From: Sminthopsis crassicaudata
Taxonomy: Eukaryota
Direction of reading: 5' to 3'
NCBI RefSeq assembly: GCF_048593235.1
Contig: NC_133619.1
Location: forward strand, 78,258,454 to 78,322,453
Length of the DNA stretch: 64,000 nt
A program made the position numbers and the translations under genes. Below the pieces are notes generated by a model that worked only from the letters and a program-made list of their open reading frames with translations, made no database searches and was not told the DNA's origin. Shown piece after piece: positions 1-14,204 of the stretch. The first letter of the stretch is position 1. Every line of letters begins with the position of its first letter.

Positions 1-704
1 TATACTAATGACCTACAATTTCACTCTGAATAAATAACTCTTTCTTAAAAAGTTTTCTTATCTCCACTGATGCTGACAATCACCTGAAGCAGTGTTATGG
101 CCATACATAACTACAAAGAAGTGTTGGGTTGTTCTGCTCATCCAAATTCAGTTCCCTCTTTATTATCTAGTCTTTTATCTCTATCTTTACTATGGGGAGT
201 AATTAAATTTCATCATTCCATATATTTCAGTACTATCAGTGTCTCTCTGTGCTTCTGTTAAATTCCACTAACTCTTTGATTCTGTTTTTTCCTCAAATAA
301 AAATAAGTATTAAAATAAATAAAAAATCATTTGTATATAAATAAAAATTTTATAATTAAAACAAAAATAAAAGTTTTAATTAAAAAAATTGCACCCGGTG
401 GTACATTTTAATCACACCATTTTTATCACCTTGAACAATAAAGATTCTCTCCACTCTCAAAAAATATAGAATAAACTCACTAGCAGCTCTAATTTATTCT
501 TCTCACCTCTTGCAGCTCCGATTTATCCTTCCAACCATTTATTCTCCACTCACCCTCATTTGCTTTCTTATGTGAATGAGAAATTCTTGCTACTTAGGCT
601 ATGCTCTGTTGTTTCAATCTGTTGAATAATTTCAAGTATAGTCAGTTACCTAAAGTATTCTCCAAATTCTGTGCTCTGGGACAAAGTCCTAGTCATCAGT
701 TAAT

Positions 705-820
705 CAGTCAACCAACACTGATTTAATAAAGCCTATTAGTGAGACAATGTGTAAGGCTCTAGGGATGCAAAGACAAAAAATTAGCCTAGTCCCTGCTCTC
801 AAGGGGATTACATTCTATTG
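705..820 (-). mobile_element. L2 LINE 3' end fragment
   Basis: cagtcaaccaacactgatttaataaagcctatt...ctagggatgcaaagacaaa...tccctgctctcaagggg.ttacattcta resembles the reverse complement of the L2 3' terminus. Confidence 0.65.
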
Positions 821-3800
821 TGAAAAATCTTATAATCACGTGAAAGACTATACTTGTACAGATGCTGCATATTTAAGTATATATGATGAAATATACATTT
901 AAAACAATCTATTTGAAAAGATTTTTCATATATGTGTATATTAGAATCTATACTGGTATATTGCTTTTATAAAAATATGATTACCACCAAAGTAAATCAT
1001 TTATAAGGAATGCATCAGATTCTCAGGAGGTACTAAGATTTTATTATTAGTTATTTTTATACAGTGTTTATGCTTCAGGTCTATGATTACAAAGGAAGGT
1101 GGAAAAATAGCTTTGTCCTAACATGGACAAATTTGAGGGCAGAAGAAAGAAATGAGGAGTTGTAAAGTCAAGTTTTAAGCAACTACAACAAACAATGTTT
1201 GAAAGCCAAGTGGTTAATGCAAATCATGTCAAAATCACTAAGATCAAGAAAAGTAAAGCACCTAAATGGTTCATCAAATCCATGCTGAGGCTTGAGGAAG
1301 GAAGTATTTTTATTTCCTAGATGTTTTTATCCCATGGAATGTGTTATCCACACAGGACTGGAAAAAGCACTAAGAATATAAAAAGCTGACTCACTGAAGG
1401 AAGCTGACAGTTATTTGTCTGGAAGCCTTTCTCTTCAAGGGAAAAAGCAAATCAATCCCTTTAGCTTTTTGGCACTGTTTTGACCAGAAGCTAAAATTAC
1501 ACAGTAAATCAAGATGTCCCTAATTCTCATAATGAGATTTATTGGAAATATATTTCAAATGCACATGGTTTATTATTACTGAGAAAAATGTCAGAAATGC
1601 AGTTTGGGAATTTTGTCCTAAGTAAAAAAAATCACCCTGCCCCCAAATAAATTTGCCACATAGTCCCTGAGAACCAATCTATGCCAAATTGGTAGAAGCT
1701 GTTAAAGTTTTTTAGCCCATCATAACAACTCAGGTATCTCTTTCTCCATAGTAAAGACTTTAGAGATAAATGTGTAATGAAGTTAAATTTTTGCTAAATG
1801 AATTCTATTTTCCCACTAATTTGTGTTATATTGGGCAGAGTACAAATGGCTTGTGGAGGCAATAAGACCATATAAGAATGTAAAAATCCTTTTAAAAATC
1901 ATGTGTTTAAAAAATCCAGCAGATTTTCTCACTAAAAACAACAAGAATATACCACATATTAAAATAATATTGTGTAATATTCAAAATAAAGTAAAAAATT
2001 CAATTCAATAAAAATGTTTCAGTTGCCTATTCAACACATCAAATATGATGCTATGTACTTGGGATACAAATATGAAAATGAACCCGTTTCTGCCTTCATG
2101 TTGCTTACATTCTAATTAGTTTATTTTGGGAGTAGGAGGGTGAACTTTGGTTTCCATTAATTTGGGAAACTCTTGGTGAGGAGACTTCTCTGTATGACCT
2201 CAGATAATTTCCATATGTCAGGCACTGAAATGTCAGGAATCACATGGTAAGTATTTCACAGATGGGTCTTAGTCTTCCTGCCTCTGAAGGTAACTCTCTA
2301 TCTACCACACTACACTGCCTCACATAAATTTCACTTGTTAAGGTAACCGTGAAAACAGTAGGAATTTTGCAAAGTTTCTCACAAGCTCTAACTTCCTTAA
2401 GAATTTCAACTTTATATCTGAGTTAATTATTATTAATCTAAAAAAATCAAGGCCTCAGGTTCTAACTTGATTCATAGACATTTCATATTTGTCATTTTGT
2501 CCAATTACTCCATGAGAACTCCCAAAGACATTCACTGATACTGATGACATTTTGTATTCTACTCCAGCATTTCTGACCTGAATTCTAGTCCCTGTTCTGA
2601 CACTAATTGGGTGTGTGATGTTGAACAAATTTCATTGCACTGTGGCAATAGCTGCCATAGTCAATGTCCCAGAATCAATATGAAGAGAAAATTATATCAT
2701 AAATGTAAAATCTTGTCATAGTATATATAATAGAATATATAACTTATTGTTTTAAGATGCCTCATAAGTTCAATTTATATTTCAACATTATCTCTTGAAA
2801 AAAATGGAAACTGCTAAACTTGGTCATATCTTGTGTCATTTAAAATGGATTTCAATTTCAGTATGTAGAAAAGGTCACAGACACATGCGATTGCACTAAC
2901 TTCTACATTTCAAAGAACCACTAGTTTTTTTGTTTAAACACTTTTTTCCATTACTTACTTCAATCCAGATACTTGACCAGTAACACCTGTTCAATTTGCT
3001 TCAGTATCCTTGGACAGAAAACAAAACAAATGCTGTACCCTACTTTTGCAATAGAGACTCATCCTAGTATCCACTGGGACATAAAGCTGTCTGAAAACAG
3101 CTAATGTCCAATAGCAATCACTAACACAGTATGCTACTGTGTTAACACAGCTGTCTGTGTGAACATATTGCTCCCAATCTCATGGTCTAACTAATGGCTG
3201 GTGTCCAAATTAGGGACTGACAGGGCACCAACATAGTGTTTGCTAAGCTTGGTAAAGCATTGGCCATTGTTAGATATAAACTGATTGTCAGAATTAACTC
3301 TAATTTGAGATAAAGTTGTTTTCTTCAATTTATAGTGGCCATAGAAACAGACAAAATGGCAGCACCGAACCTCATCAAATTCTCTATATTTATAGAGATG
3401 AATGATCTTTTTTGAAGTAAAGTGAATTTCTCACAATTCTTAAGGTCAGAATACCGCATAGGAGATTCATGATGGTCCTCTGTACATGAAAACAACATAA
3501 TTGATTTGCAATAACTAGAGGTCCTAGCTTTAAATTAGTAAAATAGTAGTCATGGATTTCATTCTTCAGTATATATTTGCTTCACAGATCCCCTGGGAAA
3601 GTCTCCACAGGTGACATAGCTGTGATTGGGACTGGAGACAAAACACAGAGCAAAGGCAACTTGCCCACAAGCAGATCAAGTTTATAATTTTGACCAAATG
3701 AACAGTATATTTTCACAGGTACTTAAACAAAAATATTCTTTAAAACCTGAAAGTTTTCCAGAATGTTGCAAGGATTTCAAGGGACATTTTAAAAGTAAGA

Positions 3801-4369
3801 TCCTTGAAAGCAGGGATTATTATTATTTTTTGTCTTTGTTTTTCTAACATTTATTACATGCTTGTTGATTGATATAGGGGCTGACATGATACTGCTGAAT
3901 TAATTCACAATTTTATCTTATATAATCATATACTTTTTATTGCTTTTATTATCTTCCACCGACATCTTTAACCTGCAACAGTATATATTATCCTTTCTGC
4001 ATCATGCAGGTGTGTAATACCCCCTCCAAATCTAGAAAATCTACAGAAATATTTCTGGCCTTCCCTTTTTACCAGAGAAGAACTCTGAATTATCATAGTA
4101 TTAAATGACAAAATATGTTGATATTATACAAAACTATACATAAATTTTATGCATTTCTGAGTTTCCAAATTTTTTTTTCTGTGTCATCTGCTGACTTTTA
4201 CATGTTCACAAAGCTCCCCCAAAATCCTCATTTAATCTCTAATGACAACATGTGATATATAGAATCTGTGATTGGGAAAATCATGATGTGATAGGGATAA
4301 CTGTATTTGTTTCTAAGTGTGATCAAGGACTATACTGTTGAGATCACAGAATTTCTGATTTTGAATAGG

Positions 4370-4555
4370 CTTTACATGACAAATGTGGACATATGTTTAG
4401 AAGAATTGCATGTTTAACTTATATTGGATTACTGTTTAGGAGAGGGGAGTAGAAGGCAAGAAGGAAGAAAACTTTGGAACAGAGGATTTTGCAAAGGTGA
4501 ATGATGAAAACTATCTTTGCATGTATTTTGAAAATAAAAAGCATTATTAAAAAAG
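4370..4555 (+). mobile_element. Marsupial L1 3'UTR fragment
   Basis: G-rich tract followed by tttgcaaaggtgaatgatgaaaactatctttgcatgtattttgaaaataaaaagcattattaaaaaa, typical of marsupial L1 3' ends. Confidence 0.7.
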
Positions 4556-4594
4556 AATAGATTTTAGTAAATGCATCAAGTATAAGAGAGGCAC

Positions 4595-4745
4595 CATGAT
4601 ATTGGATCAAACTTGTCTGAAGACTTTTATTTAACTGCTCTACCACTTATTAGCTAAATGACAAAGGGCAAGTTAAGAGCCTGTTTTCTTACCTATAAAA
4701 TGGGGATAATAATAATTACACTATTTTATTAAGTAGCTGTAGAAA
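4595..4745 (+). mobile_element. MIR SINE fragment
   Basis: Core-like ctaccacttattagct..atgacaaagggcaagtt..cctgttttcttacctataaaatggggataataata. Confidence 0.65.
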
Positions 4746-6976
4746 AAAAAAGACTTTGTTAAGCTTTTGGAATATAAATTTACTATTTGACAAAAGCTGA
4801 CGAGAATATTGGAAAGCAGACTGGCAGCAATTAGGTTTAGACCAACATGTCACACTAAGGTAGTCTATAAACTGACACGACCAAGAAAATATAAAAAAAG
4901 TCTCATAACAAACACATTAGTGAAAGAAAGAAGAAATACATTTTTGAAACTACCAATGGTAAAGAGTTCATCATAATCAAACAAAGATGGATAACAAGAT
5001 AAAATAGCTTATTTCCATATTTTTCAACTATTATTTTCAATTACTGATCAGCTTTGATTGTTTTCTTTTTAATAAAATAATTCTTTGCTATATGGGATAG
5101 CTCTTGGAAGGTGGATAAAGAGAGAGATGAAGGAAATTTAAGTGATATAAAAACCAAATATATCAATACAATTTTTTTTCTTTAATAAAGGCTGTACATT
5201 TTAGATTACCAATGAGCATTTATGGAGGGAACTTTCATATCAAGGGTCACCTTGCACTATAGAAATCACAGGTTTGGGATCTAATCTCCAAACTTTAAAG
5301 TGATGAAATCCACAGGAGTGGCCTATGAGAATAGACTGTTATATCACTCATACTTTAAATTATCTTATTTGTTAGGCTATTGATAGCATTATTTTCTTCT
5401 TCTAGCTTTGGATTCACAAAGTAATGGGAAAGTTTTCCCAAGTAGATTGCTTGGTAGCAAAATTATATAAAATGCTTACTATATACTGCCAAAACACTAA
5501 TAGATATTGAAAAAGAGGAAATAGTAGTGTGCATCATGATTACTGAAAACACACACTTGGTCAGACCTGAAATTGAAAAAAACATCTTTTGGTCTTCTCA
5601 GAAGAGTGACTTTCATTCCTAATCCTGAGCTGAACAGCTTAACCTGAAAAGAAAGGATCATCACAGAATGGATGTGGAGACACTACAAGTATAAACTAAT
5701 ATTTAAAATTTCTCTATCCTCATACTGGAAGAACAGTGACAATTACTTAAAAAATGATTCTCTTTTGTGTCCTATGTCTTGTGGAGAGAAAAGCCAAACA
5801 AACCAAAAAACTATAATCCTTTCTATCCTAGAAATAGTACTATGTCAAAAAGTATAATTGAAATATTTCTCCTCCTAGAAGAAAAGGCATACTGCTTTCT
5901 TCAACTTTGTGTGAAGCCAATGTAAGAGAAGAATAAGGTCTGTGGGAAAATTGTGAACTGCCAGTTTTTAAATATGCATTAATCAAGACTGCTTATAGAA
6001 GGCTAAGTACTACTTCCAGTTATGTGCTGACAGAGAGCAAACACTTAAATGAAACATGACAGGTCCAAATTACTAACTGACCAAACACTATAGAAATCAG
6101 GGAAAGGGCATATGGATTGTTTATTACGGATACCCAAGTATTTTTGCATTGCATTTGTTCGTGCACCAAGGGAAACTTCAGACTATTTACTACAATTGAA
6201 AAACTAAAGAATAGAGATTTCATAGTTTGGTTAAGGTTGAAACATTAAAGTTGAGGCACCTTCTATGGTAACTGTTGCCAATATATATATTTTTTCTATA
6301 TGTAAAATTTAACTTTAAAGTATAATAGTATCTAATATTTATATGGGACCTTAAGGTTTGCAAAATAATCTGTGACCCCAGAAATAGGAATTATGGCCAC
6401 CACCAAGGACCAATTTAGTTATATGTAATTAGGCTTTTCACCAGAAGGTTGGACACCAAGTGTTAAATCTTTTTGGAGTTAATTCCTGAAAATCTACTAA
6501 GACATGATGGGGGCAAAAGGGAAAAGGTTATTGCCAATCTGAATGAATGTCTATGCCAATGATAAAATATCAGTGTCTACCCCAATGATATCACAAATCT
6601 TTTCAAATAAGAAATTGATATTCCTAAGAATAAAGATAAAGTCTAGAATTATTATCTACTTCTTAGTTCAATGAATCCCTCATTTCATTTCTATGACTAT
6701 TCCCTTCACTAAGGTAATCTTGTGTAGCTATAGATTGCTTCATACATTGCTGTTTCCAAAAAGATCCATCACCTAAAATCTTTGCACTCAGCTAAACTTG
6801 GCCTTGGATGAGAGAACTATGGTCCACTGTTGGATCCATACTTGAAGACTTCTCATTTTAATGGGAACTTACACTTCAATCAACCATAAACTACGACATA
6901 TTCTTTAAAGAAACAAGATAATCGCCAAGTTATCATAAGCATCAATAAGCATCAGAGTTGGATTTTAGTGAGAGGA

Positions 6977-6979
<3 letters not shown>

Positions 6980-7033
<54 letters not shown>

Positions 7034-7034
7034 T
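6980..7034. repeat. (TG)n microsatellite
   Basis: Pure TG run of about 23 units, then an imperfect tail. Confidence 0.98.
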
Positions 7035-8749
7035 ATTGAAACATAAACCCATCTATGCACTCAGATTTTGAAAATAATCATGACTATGTTTTAAAATCAT
7101 GTTAATGTATGTGACATACAATGTATATATTGTCAAAGAATTCTGAACTAATTTTCATATTTGGCAAATCACTCAGCTCAAATAAATGGTTTAGACCTCA
7201 GTTATTCTTTAGAAAACTAAATGGTACATATATCCTACAATTGTTATCAGAATGAAACCCTGAGTGCTGCCAATGGTTTTTGCAAACTTAGCACCTTGTA
7301 TATTGAGTGTATATACTCATCACTTATATCTTACTCTGAAGCTTTATTTCTATAGAGGTGACTCTGATCCTCAAAAGTCCCATTGGTAGATAGCAAGTTA
7401 GAAAAGCTTTGATGATGGATTTAGGATAGTTATTTACCTCTTGACCAAAGTTCAAGTAAGTCTGGAAAGTTTCACCATTTGCTTAGCTACAGAGTGATGC
7501 ATTTTTCATTGATACCATATCTTTTAATTCAGAGGGTGATTTGTATTAGGGGAGGGAGTGCTCTAATTGTCGGAGTACCAGATCTCAGAAGTACGGAAGC
7601 AATGAAATGCTAATGATAAATGATAAATCATTGCTCATATTTATAAAGTACTTTGTATTTAATATAATTTTATATATAAAAAAGGAAATTATACCAAGAA
7701 AGGCAATATAACCTTTGGAAGACTAGCCCAGAGGCTATGGCATCAGGGTCTGACCAAACTGAACATGTAGAAATGAACTGTTTTAATTGGTATATGTGCT
7801 GTATAATTACAAAATTTTTACATATTAGAAACCACATGGAAAATTTGCCAAGAAGTTTCATCATTATTATGTCTCCTCCAACATTTAGTGCCCAAACAAG
7901 ACTAAATTCTAAGTCATGTATCTCATCATTGAAACAATTAAGGCTTCAACTCCACTCTATCAGGTATATTCAAATATGGAGCTGATTGGCATCTGCACCC
8001 TCAAACATATCTACATGGTGAAGTAAAAAGTTATTATAGTTAACGAATGGAAAAATAAAGTATGGTTAATTAGTATAGTATATCACATGCAGAGTTCACA
8101 GTAGAACTGGGACTACAATCTAAATCTCTTGAATCCAAATATATCACTATTTGTCCTATACATGTTTGACTTATATCAAATATGGGACCAGACTGAGCAA
8201 TCTGACTTCTGCATGTATATGTACTGTGTGAATGCATATATATAATAAATTTCTGAAGACTTCTTTCTAGATAAGAACAAAAGCATCACTCTTTCTTTAG
8301 TGATCTCTGGGCTCTCAGAGAACATAGGGGTTAAATCAAGGAGGTACAAAAGATTCAAGGAAATAATTGATAATAAGAGGTCTATTAAATTCCCAACCCT
8401 TTCAATTTTTTCCAGTTTTGTTTGGAGGAAATAGAGCAGAATGAAGCTAGGAAATAAGAGGTACTTCACTTCATTCACTGGCAAAAATATTGCCCAGAGC
8501 AAGAGAGCTTATAGGGAAAACCACACTATTATTAGCATGCACAGAGAAGTGATAGTGTCAGTAGGAAGCTAGAGGACAGAGCCAAGGTAGTGGAACAGAA
8601 GGAAGCAATGCAGTTGAGGTCTCTTTTGTCCATAACTCCTCTAAGCAGATTAATAAAATGTATCAATCAGAATCTTGATGGAAATTTTTAGAATGGTCAC
8701 ACTGAGTCTTTCATTTGAACTAAGTTGGTGCAAAGAGACACATTAAGAT

Positions 8750-8886
8750 NNNNNNNNNNNNNNNNNNNNNNNNNNNNNNNNNNNNNNNNNNNNNNNNNNN
8801 NNNNNNNNNNNNNNNNNNNNNNNNNNNNNNNNNNNNNNNNNNNNNNNNNNNNNNNNNNNNNNNNNNNNNNNNNNNNNNNNNNNNNN
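8750..8886. other. Assembly gap (N run)
   Basis: 137 N. Confidence 0.99.
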
Positions 8887-9139
8887 CTGCCAACTGATAG
8901 CTTTGTTGCCCACTTCCCAGTTCTAGTTTATAGATCTGGTACAGAGATTTGGCAATAGCAAAGCCTGGGAAAATATTAAGCTGGGCATTGGACCTAGAAC
9001 GTTCAGAAACTAAAAATAGTAGTTTTGGGTGGCTTAGACTTTAGGCACAAGCCATGGTCTCACTTTTAGCATCTAGTCCAATCTGCTGATGAATAACCAA
9101 CTCAGGAATTCTAAACAAAGTTTATTGTTTTGTTTAGTT

Positions 9140-9365
9140 AGTTTTCAATTGTGTTTTCTTGTGAAATTTTATTGGCAAAAATACTGGAGGAGTTTGCCAT
9201 TTTCTTCTCCAGCTTATTTTATAAATAAGGAAACTGAGACAAATGGTGAAATGACTTGCCCAGAGTCACACAGCTATAAATGTCTGAGGTCAATTGCAAT
9301 TCAGAGAAAAGGGTCTTCCTGACTCCAAGCTTGGTATTCTACTCTCTGTGCCACCTAGCTGCTTC
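9140..9365 (-). mobile_element. Mar1-type CORE-SINE (marsupial)
   Basis: ggcaaaaatactggaggagtttgccattttcttctccagc...gaaactgag...gacttgcccagagtcacacagcta...cttcctgactcc...ccacctagctgc. Similar to the copies at 31903 and 60183. Confidence 0.8.
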
Positions 9366-11111
9366 CTAGATCAAAGATAAATCTTTAATTCTGAAACTTT
9401 GAACCAACATAGCTTCACAGCTAGCTGAGAGGGACAGAGTCCAGCAGCTGTTTACTCTTGACAAGATGCAAACCCAGGTCAGGATTTGCAGGGCTCAAAC
9501 CAGGGGGGCAACAAACAAACTTTTCTTTGGGTCAGATCCCTTTGGAAGCACTAAAGGTTTGCAAGTTCCCAGCCTATTCCTGAGTTCCTAGAATAACTCA
9601 ATTAGGACATAAAGTAGATACATCAGGAGTTTCACTTTAGGTTCAACCTTGTCAATGGTATTACTTTTCATATGAAATTCCATGTAAGACTTGTACCCCT
9701 TTCTGCAGAGAGTGCATTTCCCCTTATGGTGAGCCACATGAATAATTGAGTCAAAATTTTTTCCTTTGGTTATGGAGAAACATAAAATACACATTTTAGG
9801 GAACCATTTTTCAATTACCTCAAGTATGTACATTTGCCTGTGCATTTGAAGCATGTTCAAAAAGGGGGAAAAATCACAATCCAGTTTATTCATATGTGCT
9901 TCAACCTTCATTTGGTATGATCTGAAGATTCTACATGATGAAAAAAAGAGTTTTAGTCCATGGTAAGCAAACATTTTCACATCACAGGAACCTCTCATTA
10001 AGGGTTTTTAAAAAGGCTCCATCCCCCAAATCAGCAGGCTTTTTGAAGAATCAGTGTTAGAAGAAAAATGATGTGATTTCAAAAAAGATGACATGATGTC
10101 CCAACTTAGGGAGAAAAAAGTCTGCTCTTTATCTTGGTCCTCAGCTTCTACTGTCTGATAGCCGACAGATAACACAGTCTTCAAGGTACAGTTGCTATTT
10201 TTGGTTCCAATTAGTGTCAAGGCCATCAATACTCACCATGGTTGCTTTTTTTCCCAACAAGCCACTTGTACTTTTCCCCTGTCCTAGTCGATCATTCGTA
10301 GTTTTAATTCACCTTGCATATTCAGATTCATAAATGTGTTAGAATATATTTGGTGTGAAAGTTATCAGATTTGTTATTTATTTTAGATCCATGAAAAATC
10401 ACTGCAATAATTTAAAATGTTTTTTTTATGTGCCATTTTCTTTCCAAGTAAAAATAAAAACAAAAGCCAAACAATGAACAACCAGCCCATTAGGTTCCTA
10501 GCCATGAAGGGACATCAACACTCTTTAAAGGTTACGGTTTAGTTCAGTGGTAAATGAAGAATGTGCTGAGTTTGAAACTGATCTTTACATAGGTAAATAC
10601 GTAGATCCACAAGAGACCATTCCATCATTCTGCAATCACTGTTGCTAAGGGGGCTCTACAGTTTCTAGAATGAAAAGAATTCCTAATAAAGACCATCTGT
10701 ACCTTGGCCCTCGATTCTATCAATTAGGGAATACTTAAAAGACATTCCCTTTCCCAAATACATTTTTCCAACTTGCAGAAGACAGTGTAAAATTACAGCA
10801 ACAAACAGACCCTTTAAGAAACCACCAGTATGCGATGGTTACGAAAGAAAAAAGAAGCTTGCCACCTTTCTGCTTCCTAATCATGGGTTTAGCCTAAATT
10901 ATTACATAGGTAGACCTTGAGTGAAAACAGAACGAGGTGTTGTGATGTTTGAGTTTTTCTTAGAAGGCTGTATTTTTGTTCCATTTTAGGTGGTGGACGA
11001 AAAGAATTCTGAAATGCCTTCCATATGTTATCCCACATTGCCCTCACCCTCCCATTGTGCCTTGTTTCCTCCTCTTCTCTTACCAACTTAAACTTCTGTC
11101 TATGCTCCTTC

Positions 11112-11113
<2 letters not shown>

Positions 11114-11171
<58 letters not shown>
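11114..11171. repeat. (GT)n microsatellite
   Basis: Pure GT run of 29 units. Confidence 0.98.
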
Positions 11172-11173
<2 letters not shown>

Positions 11174-11877
11174 GGGTAATGGGAATGGGGTGGAAGTAAA
11201 CCAAAAGGCTTCTAGCTCAAAATATCTACCATTAGGGCTTATGCTTGGACTTACTGCTCAGTGCAATACAGTTCTGAATGTATTTAGCTTAGAACTTGGT
11301 CTCTCCAAGCAGTGGTAGGGTGATGAGGTAGCACTTTATTTAAAGTATTGGGGAAGATAGTGAATAGCAACTTAAAGATTCTAATTTCCTTTTACTCCAC
11401 CCCAGTCTTGCCTTTAAGGCTATCCAGGGTATTCAATCATTACCCCAAACCTGAGTATCTCTAATCTCTGAAACCAATCTCCATCTCCATATTGGCTACG
11501 TATGCCTTCTTTCTTATCTTGACTGATCATCTGTCAAAAGAGCAAACATTTCTCCTTTGAATAAAACATAGAGAGATGCAGTACAACTCTAAAAGAAATT
11601 CCTCCTGGGACTTTGCTACTTGCAGACAAACAAAAACAAGCTGACACAAAGGTTCTGCCTTCCCTGGGTTATGTCAAGTCAGGTTCACACTTGCCTTTGG
11701 CTTGTGCCTATCTCCCTTAAGGGTAAACTAGGGCATCACACTGATGATCTGTGGCAGAGTGGGGTTCTCTAGGGCTTCAGGACTAGATACTCAGGATAAT
11801 AAACAGAATGTAATGTCTATTATTGTTCATAGTTTTATATAAGGAGGGAGATAAAATGTTTCTAAATCAGTTTTTGG

Positions 11878-14204
11878 GGGTAGATGAAGTAAAGATGGGT
11901 AGGGGAAGGAAGAGACTCACTCAAGCTCTCCCCCAGACTCCTCTGAATTAAATAATGCCAAAAAAACAACTCTTAAAGTGGCAGAAGCCATGAAAGAACA
12001 AGGCTAAATAATTTCCCAGCCAAAGATAACTTAGAAGGTTGGCAGAAAAGGTCTGTTATATATGGGTAAGAGTAGAACACAATTCAGAGCAGACTGGATC
12101 AATACAGACCTAGCCCCAGAAAATCAGAAGCAGGTTTAGGGAGCCAATGGATTAGCAGTGACAGCCGCTATTTCCAGAGTTCCCAGGCTACAGATGGCAA
12201 GGGAGCTGAACAACTTATTAGGAAGAAATTATGGGAGTCTCTGATAGTCCTGGGAGAAGGACTCTGTTGCTTTACTCATAGTCAGAGATAGATTACAGTC
12301 CTGGGTGGCAGTCCGAGGGTGAGAATGAGTACTAACCTACCAAAGCATGTAGCCATCGAGAAGCAGGAACCCTTGTAATAGTTTCAGGGAAGAAAAGAAT
12401 GCTTGTGGTCAGGCCAGGAGAATAGTAAATGAATCTCTCCTTAGATTATAGATCCTTGGGTGAATTGAAAACTTACAAGTCCATAGAAATACCTCTGAAA
12501 AACAACTGTATAAAATACTTTAATCTTGGGTCAGTCTATCCTCCACTGTGGAGGCAGAGTCCCACTTTAATAAAGAGTTAAAAGTCAAGAAATAGACTGG
12601 AAAACTGAGTAAATATTAGAAAAAAATTCTGAACATAGAGTTATTATAATGACAAGGAAGATCAAAACACCAGAAGAAATGAAAGCTTACAATGTTCAAC
12701 ATTCCAAGAAATATTTGAATTGGTCTCAGATCATGGAAAAGTTAAAAAATAATTTTGGAAATCAAGTTAAGAGAGGTAGAAGAAAAACTGGGAAGAGAAA
12801 CAAGAGTTATGCAAGAAAATCACTAAAAATGAGCCAGCTGCTTATAAAGGATAACACAAAAATATTGAAGAAAAGAACACCTTCAAAAACAGAATTGGCC
12901 AAATGATAAAAGAGGTACAAAAATTCACTGAAGAAAAAAAAAACTCCCTTAAAAAGTAGAATTGGCTTAATGGAAAAAGAGATAAAGTTCATTGAAGAAA
13001 ATTATTCCTTAAAAATTAGACTGCACAAGTGGAAGCTAATGATAATGAGAAATCAAGAAATAATAAAACAAAACTCTAAAAAGGGGGAAATAACTAAAGA
13101 CAATGTGAAACATCTCATTAGAAAAACAACTGACTTGAAAAATAGATGCAAGAGAAATAATTTAAAAATTATTGGAGTACCTGAAAGCCATGATAAAAAA
13201 AGAACCTAATCATCATCTTTCAAGAAATTATCAAGGCAAACTACCCTGATTTTCTAGAATCAGAGGGTAAAACAGAAATTGAAAAAATTCATTGATCACC
13301 TAAAAGAAATCCCAAAATAAAAACTCCCAGGAATATTGTAGTCTAATTCCATAACTCCCAGGTCAAGGATAGATTATTGCAAACAGTCAAAAAGAAATAA
13401 TTCAAGTATTATGGAAATACAGTCAGGATAACACAAGATTTAGCAGCTTCTACATTAAAAGTTCAGAGGGCTTACGAAGGCAAAAGAATTACGATTACAA
13501 CCAAGAATCATCTACCCAGCAAAACTGAGTATACTCCCTCAGGGGGAAAAATGGATATTTAGTGAAGTAGAGGACTTTCAAGCATTGTTTATGAAAAGAT
13601 AAGAAGTGCATAGAAAATTTGACTTTCAAATACAAGACTCAAGAGAAAAATAAAAATGTCATTAAAGTCCAGAGATAGGACAAAAGTCAGGATAACCAGT
13701 GATGGCTCAGGATAGAGTAGGTGGATATTGGGATCTTTGATGCTGATCAAATCCAGAGGTTCTGTAGTGCAAACTGCTTTCATGGACATCAGAACAAATT
13801 GTTCTCATCTTTTCTACAAGGGAAACTCTTTACATGCTGGGGATAGACATCTCCCTCACTCAATGACAGATCTGAGGCCTGTCAATTACCCTTATGGTTA
13901 TAGATACAACTAAAGCATAGGAAGTGTCAAATACTGAGTACTTGAATATCTGATGGTTAATGAAATCCAAAATTAACTGAGTTTGAACATTGAAACAGTA
14001 TAGTGTGCTCACAAGTTACGGAGATCAAAGAATCATAAGAATTAGGATCACAATTGGACTCATATCACCTATATCAGATTGCTAACCATCTCAGGAAAGG
14101 GAGAGGGAAAGGAATAAAGGATAGAGTCTGGAACTTAAAACTTTAAAAAAATGCTAAAAATTGTTTTTATACATAATTGGGGGAAAATAAAATATTTTTT
14201 TAAA
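11878..14204 (+). mobile_element. L1-family element with 5'UTR, decayed ORF1 and 3'UTR but no ORF2 (HAL1-like or internally deleted L1)
   Basis: ORF1 remnants at about 12600-13655 include TTDLKNRCKRNNLKIIGVPESHD (the L1 ORF1p RRM entry motif). L1-type 3'UTR at about 14060-14204. Near-identical flanks AAATCAGTTTTTGG (11864-11877) and AAATCAGTTCTTTGG (14205-14219). Confidence 0.8.
13656..13900 (-). mobile_element. RTE-associated marsupial repeat fragment (WALLSI/RTE-SINE-like; subfamily uncertain) inside the L1
   Basis: Aligns by eye to 16725-16960, e.g. tttcatggacatcagaacaaattgttctcatct versus tttcatggccattggaaccaattgttcttatct. Confidence 0.65.

Noticed and set aside
9588-9998. 136-aa ORF with a CTLC...H motif suggesting a zinc finger
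   Set aside because: Spacing does not fit C2H2, there is no second His, and no recognisable homology. The length is compatible with chance.
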